A stretch of DNA of 64,000 bases from Roseomonas sp. (lineage in GTDB: Bacteria; Pseudomonadota; Alphaproteobacteria; Acetobacterales; Acetobacteraceae): NCBI GenBank assembly GCA_020249435.1, contig JADCFQ010000020.1:20522-84521 (forward strand). Direction: 5' to 3'. The translations under genes and the position numbers were made by a program. Each line of letters opens with the position of its first letter. Within the stretch, counting starts at the first letter, position 1. The notes beneath the pieces were generated by a model. It did not search any database, was not told the origin of the DNA, and saw only the letters and a list, made by a program, of their open reading frames with translations. Shown here piece after piece: positions 40,142 through 49,921 of this stretch.

Positions 40142-41760
40142 GCGCCTGCACTCTCCGCCCGCGCGAGCGCGGTTTCAATCAGGCCAATGGTGCCGGCCAC
40201 GCCATAAAGCGCGATGAAGCCGCCAAAGCGCGGGCCTTCTTCCTGGCCGAGCAGCACCTGATACAGCGCATTGAACCAGGCGCGGGACACACCCATGCGG
40301 CCATCCTTATTGGCTTCCAAAAACGGCTCTCGCCGCCCGGCATCAAACACCAGATCCTGCGCGGCCTTGGCACGTTCTTCTGCCGGCATGGCTTCCAAAT
40401 CCGCTGCGCGATCACGCAGCGCGACCATCAGCGCGGTCAGTGCCTCACGCTCTGCCTCGGATGGGTTGCGGAAGCGCTTCATGGGCGCCACGAAATCCCG
40501 GTAATAGGCGACCGCATAAGTCACCAACTTGCCGAGCAAGGGCTGCATTGCCGGTGTTGCGCCCGGCGCATAGCGCGCCAGAAAACCCCAGAGCAGATCA
40601 GGGTCATCGGCATTCACCACACTCGCCAGATTGAGCAGCATGGTGAAGGAAACCGGTGATTCCGGGTCATTCGGTGCGGCACCGCGATGGATATGCCAGG
40701 CCGGATTGGCGGCATCCGGCGCGGTGCGGAGCCGCGTGCGGTTTTGCAGATATTCATCCACGGCGCGCGGGATTTGATCGAAATAAAGCCGCTTCGCGCG
40801 CTGCGGCTGGTTATACATGAATTGCGAAAGGCTTTCCGGCGGCGCATAGCGCAGCCATTCTTCAATTGTCAGGCCATTGCCCTTGGATTTGGAAATTTTC
40901 TGCCCCTGCTCATCCAGGAAATGCTCGTAAGTGAAGCCTTCTGGCGGCGGGCCACCCAACACGCGGCAGATCGCGGAAGATAGCCGGACGCTATCAATCA
41001 AATCCTTGCCGGACATTTCGTAATCAACGCCAAGCGCATACCAGCGGAGCGCCCAATCCGCCTTCCATTGCGCCTTGCAATGCCCGCCGGTGATGCGCGT
41101 GCCGAATTTCTCCCCGCTGTCAGGATCACGCCACACCAGCATGTCCTGATCCGGCCGCACCTCATCCATCGGCACCTGCATCACGACGCCGGTTTTCGGG
41201 TGAATGGGCAGGAAGGGTGAATAGGTGGCGCGGCGATCAGGCCCGAGTGTCGGCAGGATCACTTCCAGCACCTTGGCGTGGTTTTCCGCCATCCTCAGCA
41301 GCGCCGCATCAAACTTGCCGGAACGGTAGTAATCAGATGATGACGCAAATTCATAATCAAAGCCAAAGGCATCCAGAAAGGCGCGCAGCCGCGCATTATT
41401 GTGGTGCCCGAAGCTTTCATGCGTGCCGAAAGGGTCCGGAATGGCCGTGACTGGCCGGCCGATATGCGCCGCCAGCATCTCCTTATTCGGCACATTATCC
41501 GGCACCTTGCGCAGCCCATCCATGTCGTCACTGAAGGCGATCAGGCGCGAAGGAAGCCCCGTGAGCTGCGTGAAGGCGTGCCTGATCCAACTGGTGCGCG
41601 CCACTTCGCCGAAAGTGCCGATATGCGGCAGGCCGGAAGGGCCATAGCCGGTTTCGAACAGCGCCGATTTTTTGCCGGAAGCGGCCAGACGGGTCGCGAC
41701 CTTGCGCGCCTCCTCAAAGGGCCAGGCCTTCACGGCGGAGAAATCAGCGGCGGCGGACAT
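40138..41760 (-). CDS. lysS: Lysine--tRNA ligase, class I
   Basis: [15 protein letters not shown] (HIGH-like), WRADW-like [17 protein letters not shown] (KMSKS-like), GPRFGGFI. Confidence 0.95.
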   Translation of the reverse strand: MSAAADFSAVKAWPFEEARKVATRLAASGKKSALFETGYGPSGLPHIGTFGEVARTSWIRHAFTQLTGLPSRLIAFSDDMDGLRKVPDNVPNKEMLAAHIGRPVTAIPDPFGTHESFGHHNNARLRAFLDAFGFDYEFASSSDYYRSGKFDAALLRMAENHAKVLEVILPTLGPDRRATYSPFLPIHPKTGVVMQVPMDEVRPDQDMLVWRDPDSGEKFGTRITGGHCKAQWKADWALRWYALGVDYEMSGKDLIDSVRLSSAICRVLGGPPPEGFTYEHFLDEQGQKISKSKGNGLTIEEWLRYAPPESLSQFMYNQPQRAKRLYFDQIPRAVDEYLQNRTRLRTAPDAANPAWHIHRGAAPNDPESPVSFTMLLNLASVVNADDPDLLWGFLARYAPGATPAMQPLLGKLVTYAVAYYRDFVAPMKRFRNPSEAEREALTALMVALRDRAADLEAMPAEERAKAAQDLVFDAGRREPFLEANKDGRMGVSRAWFNALYQVLLGQEEGPRFGGFIALYGVAGTIGLIETALARAESAGA

Positions 41761-41908
41761 GGGTAATGGCGATCCCTTGGCAGTGAGCAGGCCCCGCTTA
41801 TAGGCAGCCCGCGCCCAGGTGGCGAGGCCCAAGCCCTGCGGCCTGTTCCATCTTTGTGCTTTCTGCGTTAAACCGCCCGCTTCCAAGCTTTACCACAGGA
41901 AAATTGCA

Positions 41909-42907
41909 ATGCGTGTTGGCGTGATTGGGGCCTCCGGTGCGGTGGGCCGCGAATTGGTGGATGTTCTGGGGCGTCGGGCTTTTCCGATGACCTCACTCAG
42001 GCTTTTTGCCTCTGCCCGCAGCGCCGGCAATAAACTGAAAACCCCTTTGGGTGAGGCCGAGATCGAAACCTTCAGCGATGCCGCCATGCGTGATTTGGAT
42101 TTGGCGCTGCTCGCGGTCTCGGGTGATTTCGCCAAGGCCCATGCGCCGGCCATGGTGGCGGCGGGGGTGCATGTGGTGGATAATTCCTCTGCGTTCCGGC
42201 TGCAGGATGATGTGCCGCTGGTGGTGCCGGAAGTGAATGCGGGTGCCATTGGCGGCGCCAAGCTGATCGCGAACCCCAATTGCACCACGGCGATTCTGGT
42301 GGTCGCTTTGGAACCGCTGCGTCAGGCTTTCGGCCTGAAGCGCGTGATTGTCTCCACCTACCAGGCGGCCTCCGGCGCCGGGGCGGAAGGCATGACGGAA
42401 TTGGAACGCGAAACCCGCCGCGTGCTGGTGGAGGGTGCCAAGCCAGGGCATGAGGTGTTCCGCTACCCGCTGCCCTTCAACGTCATTCCGCAAATCGATA
42501 GCTTCCAGCCCAATGGCTATACGCGAGAGGAAATGAAGGTGGTTTGGGAAAGCCGGAAGATCATGGGCATGCCCGATCTGCCGATTTCCTGCACCGCGGT
42601 GCGCATCCCAACCTTCCGCGTGCATGCCGAAGCGGTGACGATTGAAACCGAACGCCCCGTCACGCCGGAAGCCGCGCGCGAAGTGCTGCGCAAGGCCGCT
42701 GGCGTGAAGGTGGTGGATGACCCGGAAGCAGGGCTCTATCCCATGCCGCTGACCGCGACGGGCCAGGATGATGTGGAAGCCGGGCGCATCCGCGCCAATC
42801 CGGTGTTTGGGGATCGGGGCCTCGATTTCTTCCTCTGTGGTGATCAATTGCTGAAGGGTGCAGCCCTGAACGCGGTGCAAATCGCCGAAAGGCTGCGCGC
42901 AGCGTGA
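41909..42907 (+). CDS. asd: Aspartate-semialdehyde dehydrogenase
   Basis: GASGAVG, DNSSAFR, catalytic NPNCTT, STYQAASGAG, DQLLKGAALNAVQIAE. Confidence 0.95.
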   Translation: MRVGVIGASGAVGRELVDVLGRRAFPMTSLRLFASARSAGNKLKTPLGEAEIETFSDAAMRDLDLALLAVSGDFAKAHAPAMVAAGVHVVDNSSAFRLQDDVPLVVPEVNAGAIGGAKLIANPNCTTAILVVALEPLRQAFGLKRVIVSTYQAASGAGAEGMTELERETRRVLVEGAKPGHEVFRYPLPFNVIPQIDSFQPNGYTREEMKVVWESRKIMGMPDLPISCTAVRIPTFRVHAEAVTIETERPVTPEAAREVLRKAAGVKVVDDPEAGLYPMPLTATGQDDVEAGRIRANPVFGDRGLDFFLCGDQLLKGAALNAVQIAERLRAA

Positions 42908-42940
42908 GGCAGGGGCTGCGCGCCCTTCCGCCTGAACCGC

Positions 42941-45733
42941 ATGGCTGAAAAGCCCGCCGCACCGCGTTTGCTCTTGCCGGAAGTGCCCGCTTTGGTGGCG
43001 GGGCAGGGGCGCGCGGTGGTGTTGGATACCGATGGCAGCATCGAAACACTGTCGGCGCGCATAGCGGCGGCACGCTTGACTGAAGCCGCGCCCCTGCTGG
43101 TGCATGCGCCCGCGACAGCGCGACGCCTTGGCGTGCCAGGCATTGCCCCGGCGCATGACCTGCTGGAACTATTTGCCTTCGCCTTGCCCGCCGCATCCTG
43201 CGCACCGACACCGCGCGGCCTTGCCTTGGCGCTTGGCCTGCCAGCGCCGCGTGATGATGAGGCAGCGGTGGCATTGCTGCCCGATATCGCCACCGAATTA
43301 CTGCGGCGGCTCGCGGATGATCGCGCCACGCCACTTAACCGAGATGCTGCAAGCCTCGCGGCCCGCATGGGTGAGGCGGGTTGGCCCTGGGCGCGTTCGG
43401 TGCTGGCAGCACTTGGTGCGCCCGCCGCGCGTTCGGGGATGGAGGGTTTGCGCGTCTGGCGCCGTCTGCCGGAATGGGAGGAAGCCGCGCCTGGCAATCC
43501 GCCCTCCTCCTTCGGGATCGAACCGCAGGAAGCGCGCACAAGGCTCGCGCAGATATTGGGCGAAGGCGCGGAACAGCGCCCGCAACAGGCGGATTATGCC
43601 TCGGCTGCCGCAGCAGCCTTTGCACCGCGGGAAGATCAGGGCGCGCCGGCGCTGGTATTGGCGGAGGCCGGCACGGGCACGGGCAAGACACTCGGCTATG
43701 TGGCGCCGGCCAGTCTTTGGGCGGAACGCAATGGCGCGCCGGTGTGGATTTCGACCTTCACGCGCAATCTGCAGCGCCAGATAGATCAGGAAACCGCGCG
43801 ACTTTTTCCCGATACTGAGGAACGTCGCCGCCGCGTGGTGCTGCGCAAGGGGCGTGAGAATTACCTTTGTCTGCTGAACCTGGAAGATGCGCTCGGCTTT
43901 TCCGCCATGCCGGGGCAGGGGGTGGCGCTTGGCTTGGTGGCGCGCTGGGCGGCGGCGACGCGTGATGGCGATTTGCTGGGCGGTGATTTTCCTGGCTGGC
44001 TCTCGGAATTGTTTGGCACCAACACGATCATGCCGCTCGCGGATCGGCGCGGTGAGTGCATCCATGCTGCCTGCCCGCATTACCGCAAATGCTTTGTCGA
44101 ACATTCCATCCGCCGAGCGCGCGGCGCTTCCATTGTCATTGCCAATCACGCGCTGGTGATGATCCAGGCGGCACTGGGTGGTGGTGAGGATGGCCGCGCG
44201 CTCCGCTTGGTGTTCGATGAAGGCCATCATTTGTTTGATGCCGCCGATAGCGCCTTTTCCGCCGATTTGACGGGCGCGGAAATGGCGGAGCTGCGCCGCT
44301 GGTTGCTGGGCGCGGAAGGCGGGCGTTCCCGCGCACGCGGGCTGAAGCGGCGCTTGGAAGAATTGGTCGGCGAAAAGCCGGAATTGCAGGCGCCCCTGGA
44401 CGCGGCCTTGCAAGCGGCGCGCGCCTTGCCCGCAGGTGGCTGGTCTGGCCGGCTGACCGATGAAGCCGCGCTTGATCTGGTGGGCGCCCCCGCCAATCCG
44501 GCTGAGGCGTTTTTGCGCGCCGTGCGCCGGCAAGTGCGCGCGCGCAATGCCGAAGCCGAGGAAGCCGGGCTTTACGATGCGGAATGTGATCTTTTCCCGC
44601 TGAACACGGATATGGCGGAAATCGCCAGCGCCTTGGAACGTGCGCTGCAACGCCTGGAAGCGCCCGTGCGGCATTTGCGCGAAAAGCTGCTGGCGCGCAT
44701 GGAAGATGAAGCGGCCGAGATTGAAAGCGCTGATCGGCTGCGGATTGAAGCGATTTGCGGTTCACTCGAACGCCGCGTGCTGATGCCGCTTGGCGCCTGG
44801 CGCGCGATGCTGACACGGATTGGCGGCGAGGAACCCGCACCTGGCGCGCGGCCCGATATGGTGGATTGGCTTTCGATTGAACGGCGCGGCGGGCAGGATG
44901 CTGATGCGGGCATGCACCGCCATTGGCTTGATCCGACCATCCCCTTCGCGATGCAGGTGGCCGCGCCCGCGCATGGCGTGCTGATCACCTCGGCCACCTT
45001 GCGCGATGCTGCCGAGGCTGAGGATGACGATCCCGAAGCCGCCTGGCGCGAAGCGGAAGGCCGCACGGGGGCGGCGCATCTGCCGCTGCCTGCGATTCGC
45101 GCCGCCGTGGCTTCACCTTTTGATTATGCGGCGCGCACGCGCTGCATTGTGGTGACGGATGTCGCACGGGAGAACACCGCGCAAGTGGCGGGTGCCATGC
45201 GCGAATTGTTCCTGGCATCTGGCGGCGGCGCGCTTGGGCTTTTCACTGCCATTCGCCGCCTGCGCGATGTGCATGGCCGTATCGCCCCTGCCTTGGAAGA
45301 AGCAGGTCTGCCGCTTTACGCGCAGCATATTGACGCCATGGATAATGCCACTTTGGTGGATGTGTTTCGTGCCGAGGAAAATTCCTGCCTGCTTGGCACG
45401 GATGCGATGCGTGATGGCGTGGATGTGCCGGGGCGTTCCTTGCGCCTGCTGGTGTTTGATCGTGTGCCCTGGCCGCGGCCGAGCATTCTGCACCGCGAAA
45501 GGCGCCTGCATTTATCCGAAGGCAGGCCCAAGGATTATGATGACCGCATCACGCGCCATAGGCTGCGTCAGGCTTTCGGGCGGTTGATTAGACGCGCCGA
45601 TGACAAGGGCGTGTTTGTGATGCTCGATCGGTCCTGCCCATCGCGGTTATTGGCGGGGCTACCATCTGGCGTTTTGCTGCGCCGCATGGGGTTGGCTGAT
45701 GCGGCGCGCGAAATACGAGAATTTCTCGGTTAG
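42941..45733 (+). CDS. DinG/XPD-family ATP-dependent DNA helicase
   Basis: EAGTGTGKT, KGRENYLC, Fe-S cysteines (C..ECIHAACPHYRKC), DEGHH, SATL, QAFGRLIR. Confidence 0.9.
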   Translation: MAEKPAAPRLLLPEVPALVAGQGRAVVLDTDGSIETLSARIAAARLTEAAPLLVHAPATARRLGVPGIAPAHDLLELFAFALPAASCAPTPRGLALALGLPAPRDDEAAVALLPDIATELLRRLADDRATPLNRDAASLAARMGEAGWPWARSVLAALGAPAARSGMEGLRVWRRLPEWEEAAPGNPPSSFGIEPQEARTRLAQILGEGAEQRPQQADYASAAAAAFAPREDQGAPALVLAEAGTGTGKTLGYVAPASLWAERNGAPVWISTFTRNLQRQIDQETARLFPDTEERRRRVVLRKGRENYLCLLNLEDALGFSAMPGQGVALGLVARWAAATRDGDLLGGDFPGWLSELFGTNTIMPLADRRGECIHAACPHYRKCFVEHSIRRARGASIVIANHALVMIQAALGGGEDGRALRLVFDEGHHLFDAADSAFSADLTGAEMAELRRWLLGAEGGRSRARGLKRRLEELVGEKPELQAPLDAALQAARALPAGGWSGRLTDEAALDLVGAPANPAEAFLRAVRRQVRARNAEAEEAGLYDAECDLFPLNTDMAEIASALERALQRLEAPVRHLREKLLARMEDEAAEIESADRLRIEAICGSLERRVLMPLGAWRAMLTRIGGEEPAPGARPDMVDWLSIERRGGQDADAGMHRHWLDPTIPFAMQVAAPAHGVLITSATLRDAAEAEDDDPEAAWREAEGRTGAAHLPLPAIRAAVASPFDYAARTRCIVVTDVARENTAQVAGAMRELFLASGGGALGLFTAIRRLRDVHGRIAPALEEAGLPLYAQHIDAMDNATLVDVFRAEENSCLLGTDAMRDGVDVPGRSLRLLVFDRVPWPRPSILHRERRLHLSEGRPKDYDDRITRHRLRQAFGRLIRRADDKGVFVMLDRSCPSRLLAGLPSGVLLRRMGLADAAREIREFLG

Positions 45734-46527
45734 TCCTGTTCTATTTCGGGCAACCGATACCGATCCGCCGGATCATTCCAGCCCTTGAAATTCGGCGCGC
45801 GTTTTTCGGCGAAGGCTGCACGGCTTTCCAGCAAATCGGATTTGTCGCCATGCTCATGCAGCTTGGCGGCCAGGCGTTGTTGCGCTTGCGTTGGCGCCGG
45901 GCGCATGCGGCGCATCATATGGATGGTATTGACGCGCGCGGCAGGCGGCAGGGTCAGCATATGCCGCGCCATTTCAAGCGCTGTTTCCTTCAGCGCTTCC
46001 GGCTCCACAAGCCGATTGACAAAGCCAAGCTGATAAAAGCGTTCTGCCGTAAAGCGAAAACCAAGCGCCATTTCCATCGCGACGGGATAGGCAAGGTTTG
46101 CAAGATGCCCGTGATTATAGCCACCCAATAGCCAGCGCTTTGCCTCGGACACTTCGAAAATCGCGGTATTGGCGGCGACGCGCAAATCGGTTCGCTCCAC
46201 CAGCATGAAGCCGCCGCCCATGGCAAAGCCATTCACCGCGGCAATCACAGGCTTTTCCAAAGCGCCGGCATTGAAGGGGTCTTCCATGTCAATGCGCCGC
46301 CCGCCGGGGCTTTTATCGGCGAGCGATTCCTTCATATCCTCGCCCGCGCAAAAGCCGCGCCCGGTGCCGGTCAGGATGGCAACTTCAAGGTTAGGGTCGG
46401 TGCGAAACGCTGTCCAGATGCGCGCCAATTCCAGGCGCATTTCATGGTTCAGCGCATTGAGCCGCTCAGGCCGGTTCATGCGCACGACCAGAATTTGCCC
46501 ATGGGTTTCGGTTTCAACAACGGCCAT
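45730..46527 (-). CDS. Enoyl-CoA hydratase/isomerase
   Basis: NRPERLNALN, FCAGED, KPVIAAVNG.AMGGG, AFAEKRAPNFKG. Confidence 0.9.
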   Translation of the reverse strand: MAVVETETHGQILVVRMNRPERLNALNHEMRLELARIWTAFRTDPNLEVAILTGTGRGFCAGEDMKESLADKSPGGRRIDMEDPFNAGALEKPVIAAVNGFAMGGGFMLVERTDLRVAANTAIFEVSEAKRWLLGGYNHGHLANLAYPVAMEMALGFRFTAERFYQLGFVNRLVEPEALKETALEMARHMLTLPPAARVNTIHMMRRMRPAPTQAQQRLAAKLHEHGDKSDLLESRAAFAEKRAPNFKGWNDPADRYRLPEIEQD

Positions 46528-46646
46528 GACATTCCCCTTTGGATTTTCCGCATGATGGGCGGGGAGGGGGGCTCTGGGAAGGGGCATTTCCCAAGCCCTG
46601 CTTCCTGTTCTAGCCTTGCCCCATAACCCTTCCAGGCAGGAAACCC

Positions 46647-47525
46647 ATGCGCAAACTCACCATTGGCGATGTCACCATCACCAGCATCATCGAACGCGAT
46701 GGCCCCTGGCGCGCGCCGGGGCAGATGTTCCCCAATGCGCCGGCGGACCAGATCGAAGCGACATTGAAGGAGCTGGAGCCTGAGACTTACGATGTCGCCT
46801 CCGGCAAGATGGTGATCACCTATCAGACCTATGTCGTGCGCACGCCGCGCCATACGATTCTGGTGGATACCTGCACCGGCGAAGACAAGGGCTATCCCGC
46901 GCCGATGGATTTCCCGAAGCAGCCCTGGCTTGATGGCCTGAAGGCGGAAGGGCTTTCCTTCAACGATATTGATTACGTTATGTGCACCCATCTGCATATT
47001 GACCATTCCGGCTGGAATACCGTGCTGCGTGATGGCCGCTGGGTGCCGACCTTCCCGCGCGCCAAATATGTTTTCCACAAGCGCGAATATGCCGCTTGGG
47101 AGGCTTCAACCAAGGCCGGCGAAACCCGCCCCGGTGGCGGCGGTTCGGTCTTCACCATGAATTGCGAACCCGTGGTGGCGGCAGGCCAGGCCATGCTGGT
47201 GGATGATGATTTCAGCCTGGATGACTGCATCACCATCGAACCCACACCGGGCCACACGCCCTGCCATTGCTGCGTGCATATCAAAAGCCGCGGCCAGCAT
47301 GCGGTGATCACCGGCGATCTGATGCATCACGCGCTGCAAATCCACCGGCCTTCCTGGTCCACCATGTTCTGCTGGGACCCGAATGAGGCTGCCGATAGCC
47401 GTACCCGCTTCCTGGGCAATGTTGCCGATACCGACACCAAGATTTTGCCGATCCATTTCCCCAATCCTTCGGTCGGGCGCGTGGAATCGAATGGAGATCG
47501 CTTCCGCTGGCGCTATATGCGCTGA
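46647..47525 (+). CDS. Metallo-beta-lactamase fold hydrolase
   Basis: HLHIDHSG metal motif, PGHTP, GDLMH, HF. Confidence 0.9.
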   Translation: MRKLTIGDVTITSIIERDGPWRAPGQMFPNAPADQIEATLKELEPETYDVASGKMVITYQTYVVRTPRHTILVDTCTGEDKGYPAPMDFPKQPWLDGLKAEGLSFNDIDYVMCTHLHIDHSGWNTVLRDGRWVPTFPRAKYVFHKREYAAWEASTKAGETRPGGGGSVFTMNCEPVVAAGQAMLVDDDFSLDDCITIEPTPGHTPCHCCVHIKSRGQHAVITGDLMHHALQIHRPSWSTMFCWDPNEAADSRTRFLGNVADTDTKILPIHFPNPSVGRVESNGDRFRWRYMR

Positions 47526-47528
47526 CCC

Positions 47529-48731
47529 ATGAGCATCCCGCCGCTGCAGGGCCTGCGCGTGCTGGATTTGGCGCGCGTTTTGGCCTGCCCCTTTTCGGCA
47601 ATGATCCTGGCCGAATTGGGCGCGGAAGTGATCAAGGTGGAGCAACCCGGCAGCGGCGATGAAAGCCGTTCTTATGAACCGGTAGCGGAACGGAATGGCC
47701 AGCGTGACAGCGCCTATTTCTTCGCCTGCAATCGCGGCAAGCGCAGTGTCACGGTCAATCTGCGCCATAAGGATGGTCAGGCGCTGGTGCGTGATCTGAT
47801 CCGCCATTGCGATGCGGTGGTCGAGAATTTCCCGACCGGCACGCTGAAGCGTTACGGGCTGGATTGGGAAGCTTTGCGTGCCATCAATCCGCGCCTGGTG
47901 ATGCTGTCCTGCACTGGCTTTGGTCAGACCGGGCCTTACGCGAAGCGCAAAGGCTATGACACGGTGTTTCAGGCCATGTCGGGCTTGCTGGCGCTGACTG
48001 GGGAAAGGGGCGGCGGGCCGGTGAAGCCCGGGCTGCCGATTGCTGACCTGACATCGGGGCTTTGGATCACGATTGGTTTGCTCGCGGCGCTCCGCGGGCG
48101 TGATGCAACGGGGCAGGGCGCCTATATTGATTTTTCAATGCTGGATGGGCAGGTGGCGTTGTTGACCTCGGCCGCCGCGCGTTTCTTTGCACTGAATGAG
48201 GTGCCGCCGCGCTTGGGCACGGAACATCCGGGCCGCGTGCCAACCGCATCCTTCAAATGTTCCGATGGGCGGTTTCTGCACATTACCTGTTCCGATCAGC
48301 ATTGGGCGCCGCTCTGCCACGCGCTCGGTCTTGCAGAATTGGGCGCTGATCCAGCCCTGCAAGCCAATGCGGAGCGTGTGGCGCAGCGCGAACGCGTCAT
48401 GGCCGGCATTACGGCAGCGATGGCGAAACTCACGCGCGCGGAAGCGGTCGCCCTTTTGGATGCAGCGGACGTGCCGAATGGCCCGGTGCTGACCATTGAT
48501 GAAACCTTTGCTGATCCACACGTGCAGGCGCGCGGTTCAGTCGGTGAATTCACGCATCCCTTGCTTGGTGCCTTTCCCGCCTTGCGCTTGCCCTATCGCT
48601 TCGATGGTTTGGCGGACCCTGAAATACAGCGCCCTCCCCTGCTGGGGGAGGATACGGAAGCCGTGCTACGCGATTTGTTGCAGTATTCACCAGCGCAAAT
48701 CGAAACGCTGCGGGCAGAAGGCGCGATATGA
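47529..48731 (+). CDS. CaiB/BaiF (family III) CoA-transferase
   Basis: GLRVLDL, LGAEVIKVE, NRGKRS, ENF, TGFGQTGP, GYD, PPLLGE.T. Confidence 0.92.
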   Translation: MSIPPLQGLRVLDLARVLACPFSAMILAELGAEVIKVEQPGSGDESRSYEPVAERNGQRDSAYFFACNRGKRSVTVNLRHKDGQALVRDLIRHCDAVVENFPTGTLKRYGLDWEALRAINPRLVMLSCTGFGQTGPYAKRKGYDTVFQAMSGLLALTGERGGGPVKPGLPIADLTSGLWITIGLLAALRGRDATGQGAYIDFSMLDGQVALLTSAAARFFALNEVPPRLGTEHPGRVPTASFKCSDGRFLHITCSDQHWAPLCHALGLAELGADPALQANAERVAQRERVMAGITAAMAKLTRAEAVALLDAADVPNGPVLTIDETFADPHVQARGSVGEFTHPLLGAFPALRLPYRFDGLADPEIQRPPLLGEDTEAVLRDLLQYSPAQIETLRAEGAI

Positions 48732-49462
48732 CGGACGCCGTTTTATATGAATGCAATGATGGTTTAGCGCTCATCACGCTCAACCGGCCAGAGGCGCGCA
48801 ATGCGCTCAATAGCGCCATGTGCGAAGCGCTGTTGGCCGCCACGCGCCGTGCGCGGGAAGATGGCGCGCGCTGCGTGCTGGTGCAGGCGGTGGGCAGCGT
48901 GTTTTGCGCGGGCGCGGACCTCAAGGAACGGCAAGGCATGGGCGATGACGCAGTGCGCGCGCGGCGCCTGAAAGCCTTCGCCGCCTATGAAGCGGTGGAA
49001 CGCCTGCCCATGCCGGCCATCGCCGTGGTCGAAGGCCCTGCCGTTGGATCAGGTGTTGAAATCGCTGCCGGGTGTGATTTCATCATCGCCACACCTGCCG
49101 CTTCCTTCCGCACCCCGGAAGCGCTATGGGGCACCGTCGGCGCCACGCAACGCCTGCCGCGCATTATCGGCAAAAGACTGGCCAAGGATTTGATGTTCAC
49201 GGGCCGCGCGCTTGGCGCCGAAGAAGCGCGCGCAGCCGGGCTCGTTTCGCGCGTTGTGGCGCCAGAGGCTTTGGCGGCATGCATCACGGAAATCACCACC
49301 ACCATCCTGAAAGCACCACCCAGCGCCATGGCACTTGCGAAGCGCTGCGTGGATGAGGGGCTTGAACGCGACCCGCGCGGCGCACTCGCCACCGAAATCA
49401 TGGCCATTGAGGAAAGCTTGGCCGCCGCAGAATGGCGCAAGAAAATGCAGGGATTCGGCTGA
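48728..49462 (+). CDS. Enoyl-CoA hydratase/isomerase
   Basis: NRPEARNALN, FCAGADLKE, ATQRLPRIIG. Confidence 0.88.
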   Translation: MTDAVLYECNDGLALITLNRPEARNALNSAMCEALLAATRRAREDGARCVLVQAVGSVFCAGADLKERQGMGDDAVRARRLKAFAAYEAVERLPMPAIAVVEGPAVGSGVEIAAGCDFIIATPAASFRTPEALWGTVGATQRLPRIIGKRLAKDLMFTGRALGAEEARAAGLVSRVVAPEALAACITEITTTILKAPPSAMALAKRCVDEGLERDPRGALATEIMAIEESLAAAEWRKKMQGFG

Positions 49463-49585
49463 GGCATACCGCCTGGACCATAAGGCACGCCAAGCCCTGC
49501 CGCGCCGGGCCAGCAAAAGCAGGCTGGACAGGGCAGGGGCGCTTCGCTAGGAACAGGGCTCTGGAGAGGCTGCGGCTTCGCCAGG

Positions 49586-49661
49586 GCCCAGATAGCTCAG
49601 TTGGTAGAGCATGCGACTGAAAATCGCAGTGTCGCTGGTTCGATTCCGGCTCTGGGCACCA
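49586..49661 (+). tRNA. tRNA-Phe (GAA)
   Basis: 76 nt cloverleaf: acceptor GCCCAGA/TCTGGGC, D-arm TAGCTCAGTTGGTAGAGC, anticodon loop CTGAAAA, T-loop TTCGATT, encoded CCA. Confidence 0.98.
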
Positions 49662-49665
49662 TTTC
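49644..49665 (+). repeat. att core, tRNA side (TTCCGGCTCTGGGCACCATTTC)
   Basis: Identical to 53548-53569; spans the end of the T-loop to just past CCA. Confidence 0.93.
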
Positions 49666-49715
49666 AATGCCCTAGCGCGTTGAAATCAAACGATTTCCAA
49701 AATCTCAGGGCGATT

Positions 49716-49736
49716 TCCCCCACACCCTCCCCCACA
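49716..49736 (+). promoter_or_regulatory. Putative integrase arm-type sites (TCCCCCACA x2)
   Basis: Direct repeats at 49716 and 49728 (12-bp period); the same pair occurs at 53397/53409. Confidence 0.65.
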
Positions 49737-49921
49737 CTTGGCGCCCGGTAGGGGTGGGGAAGGCTCCCCCGCGCGCGTGTTTTGTAGGCCGGGAAATTGC
49801 GCCTCAGTCACCCGCGCGCGCGTGTTTTCCGGCCTTCCCGCGCCCCGCGCGCGCGTAGGTTGCCTGCCATGGGCGCCGGTTCCGCCTCCGCGCGCGAGGT
49901 TTCGTGGGGCGGTGGGGCGCT

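Noticed and set aside
43298-44674. Long alternative-frame ORFs here and throughout (e.g. 458 aa opposite DinG, 398 aa opposite the acyl-CoA dehydrogenase, 369 aa opposite ugd)
   Set aside because: Expected stop-poor antisense frames of high-GC genes; no motifs or RBS.
49398-49667. 89-aa minus-strand ORF (MKWCPEPESNQRH...)
   Set aside because: Antisense reading of tRNA-Phe, a classic artefact.
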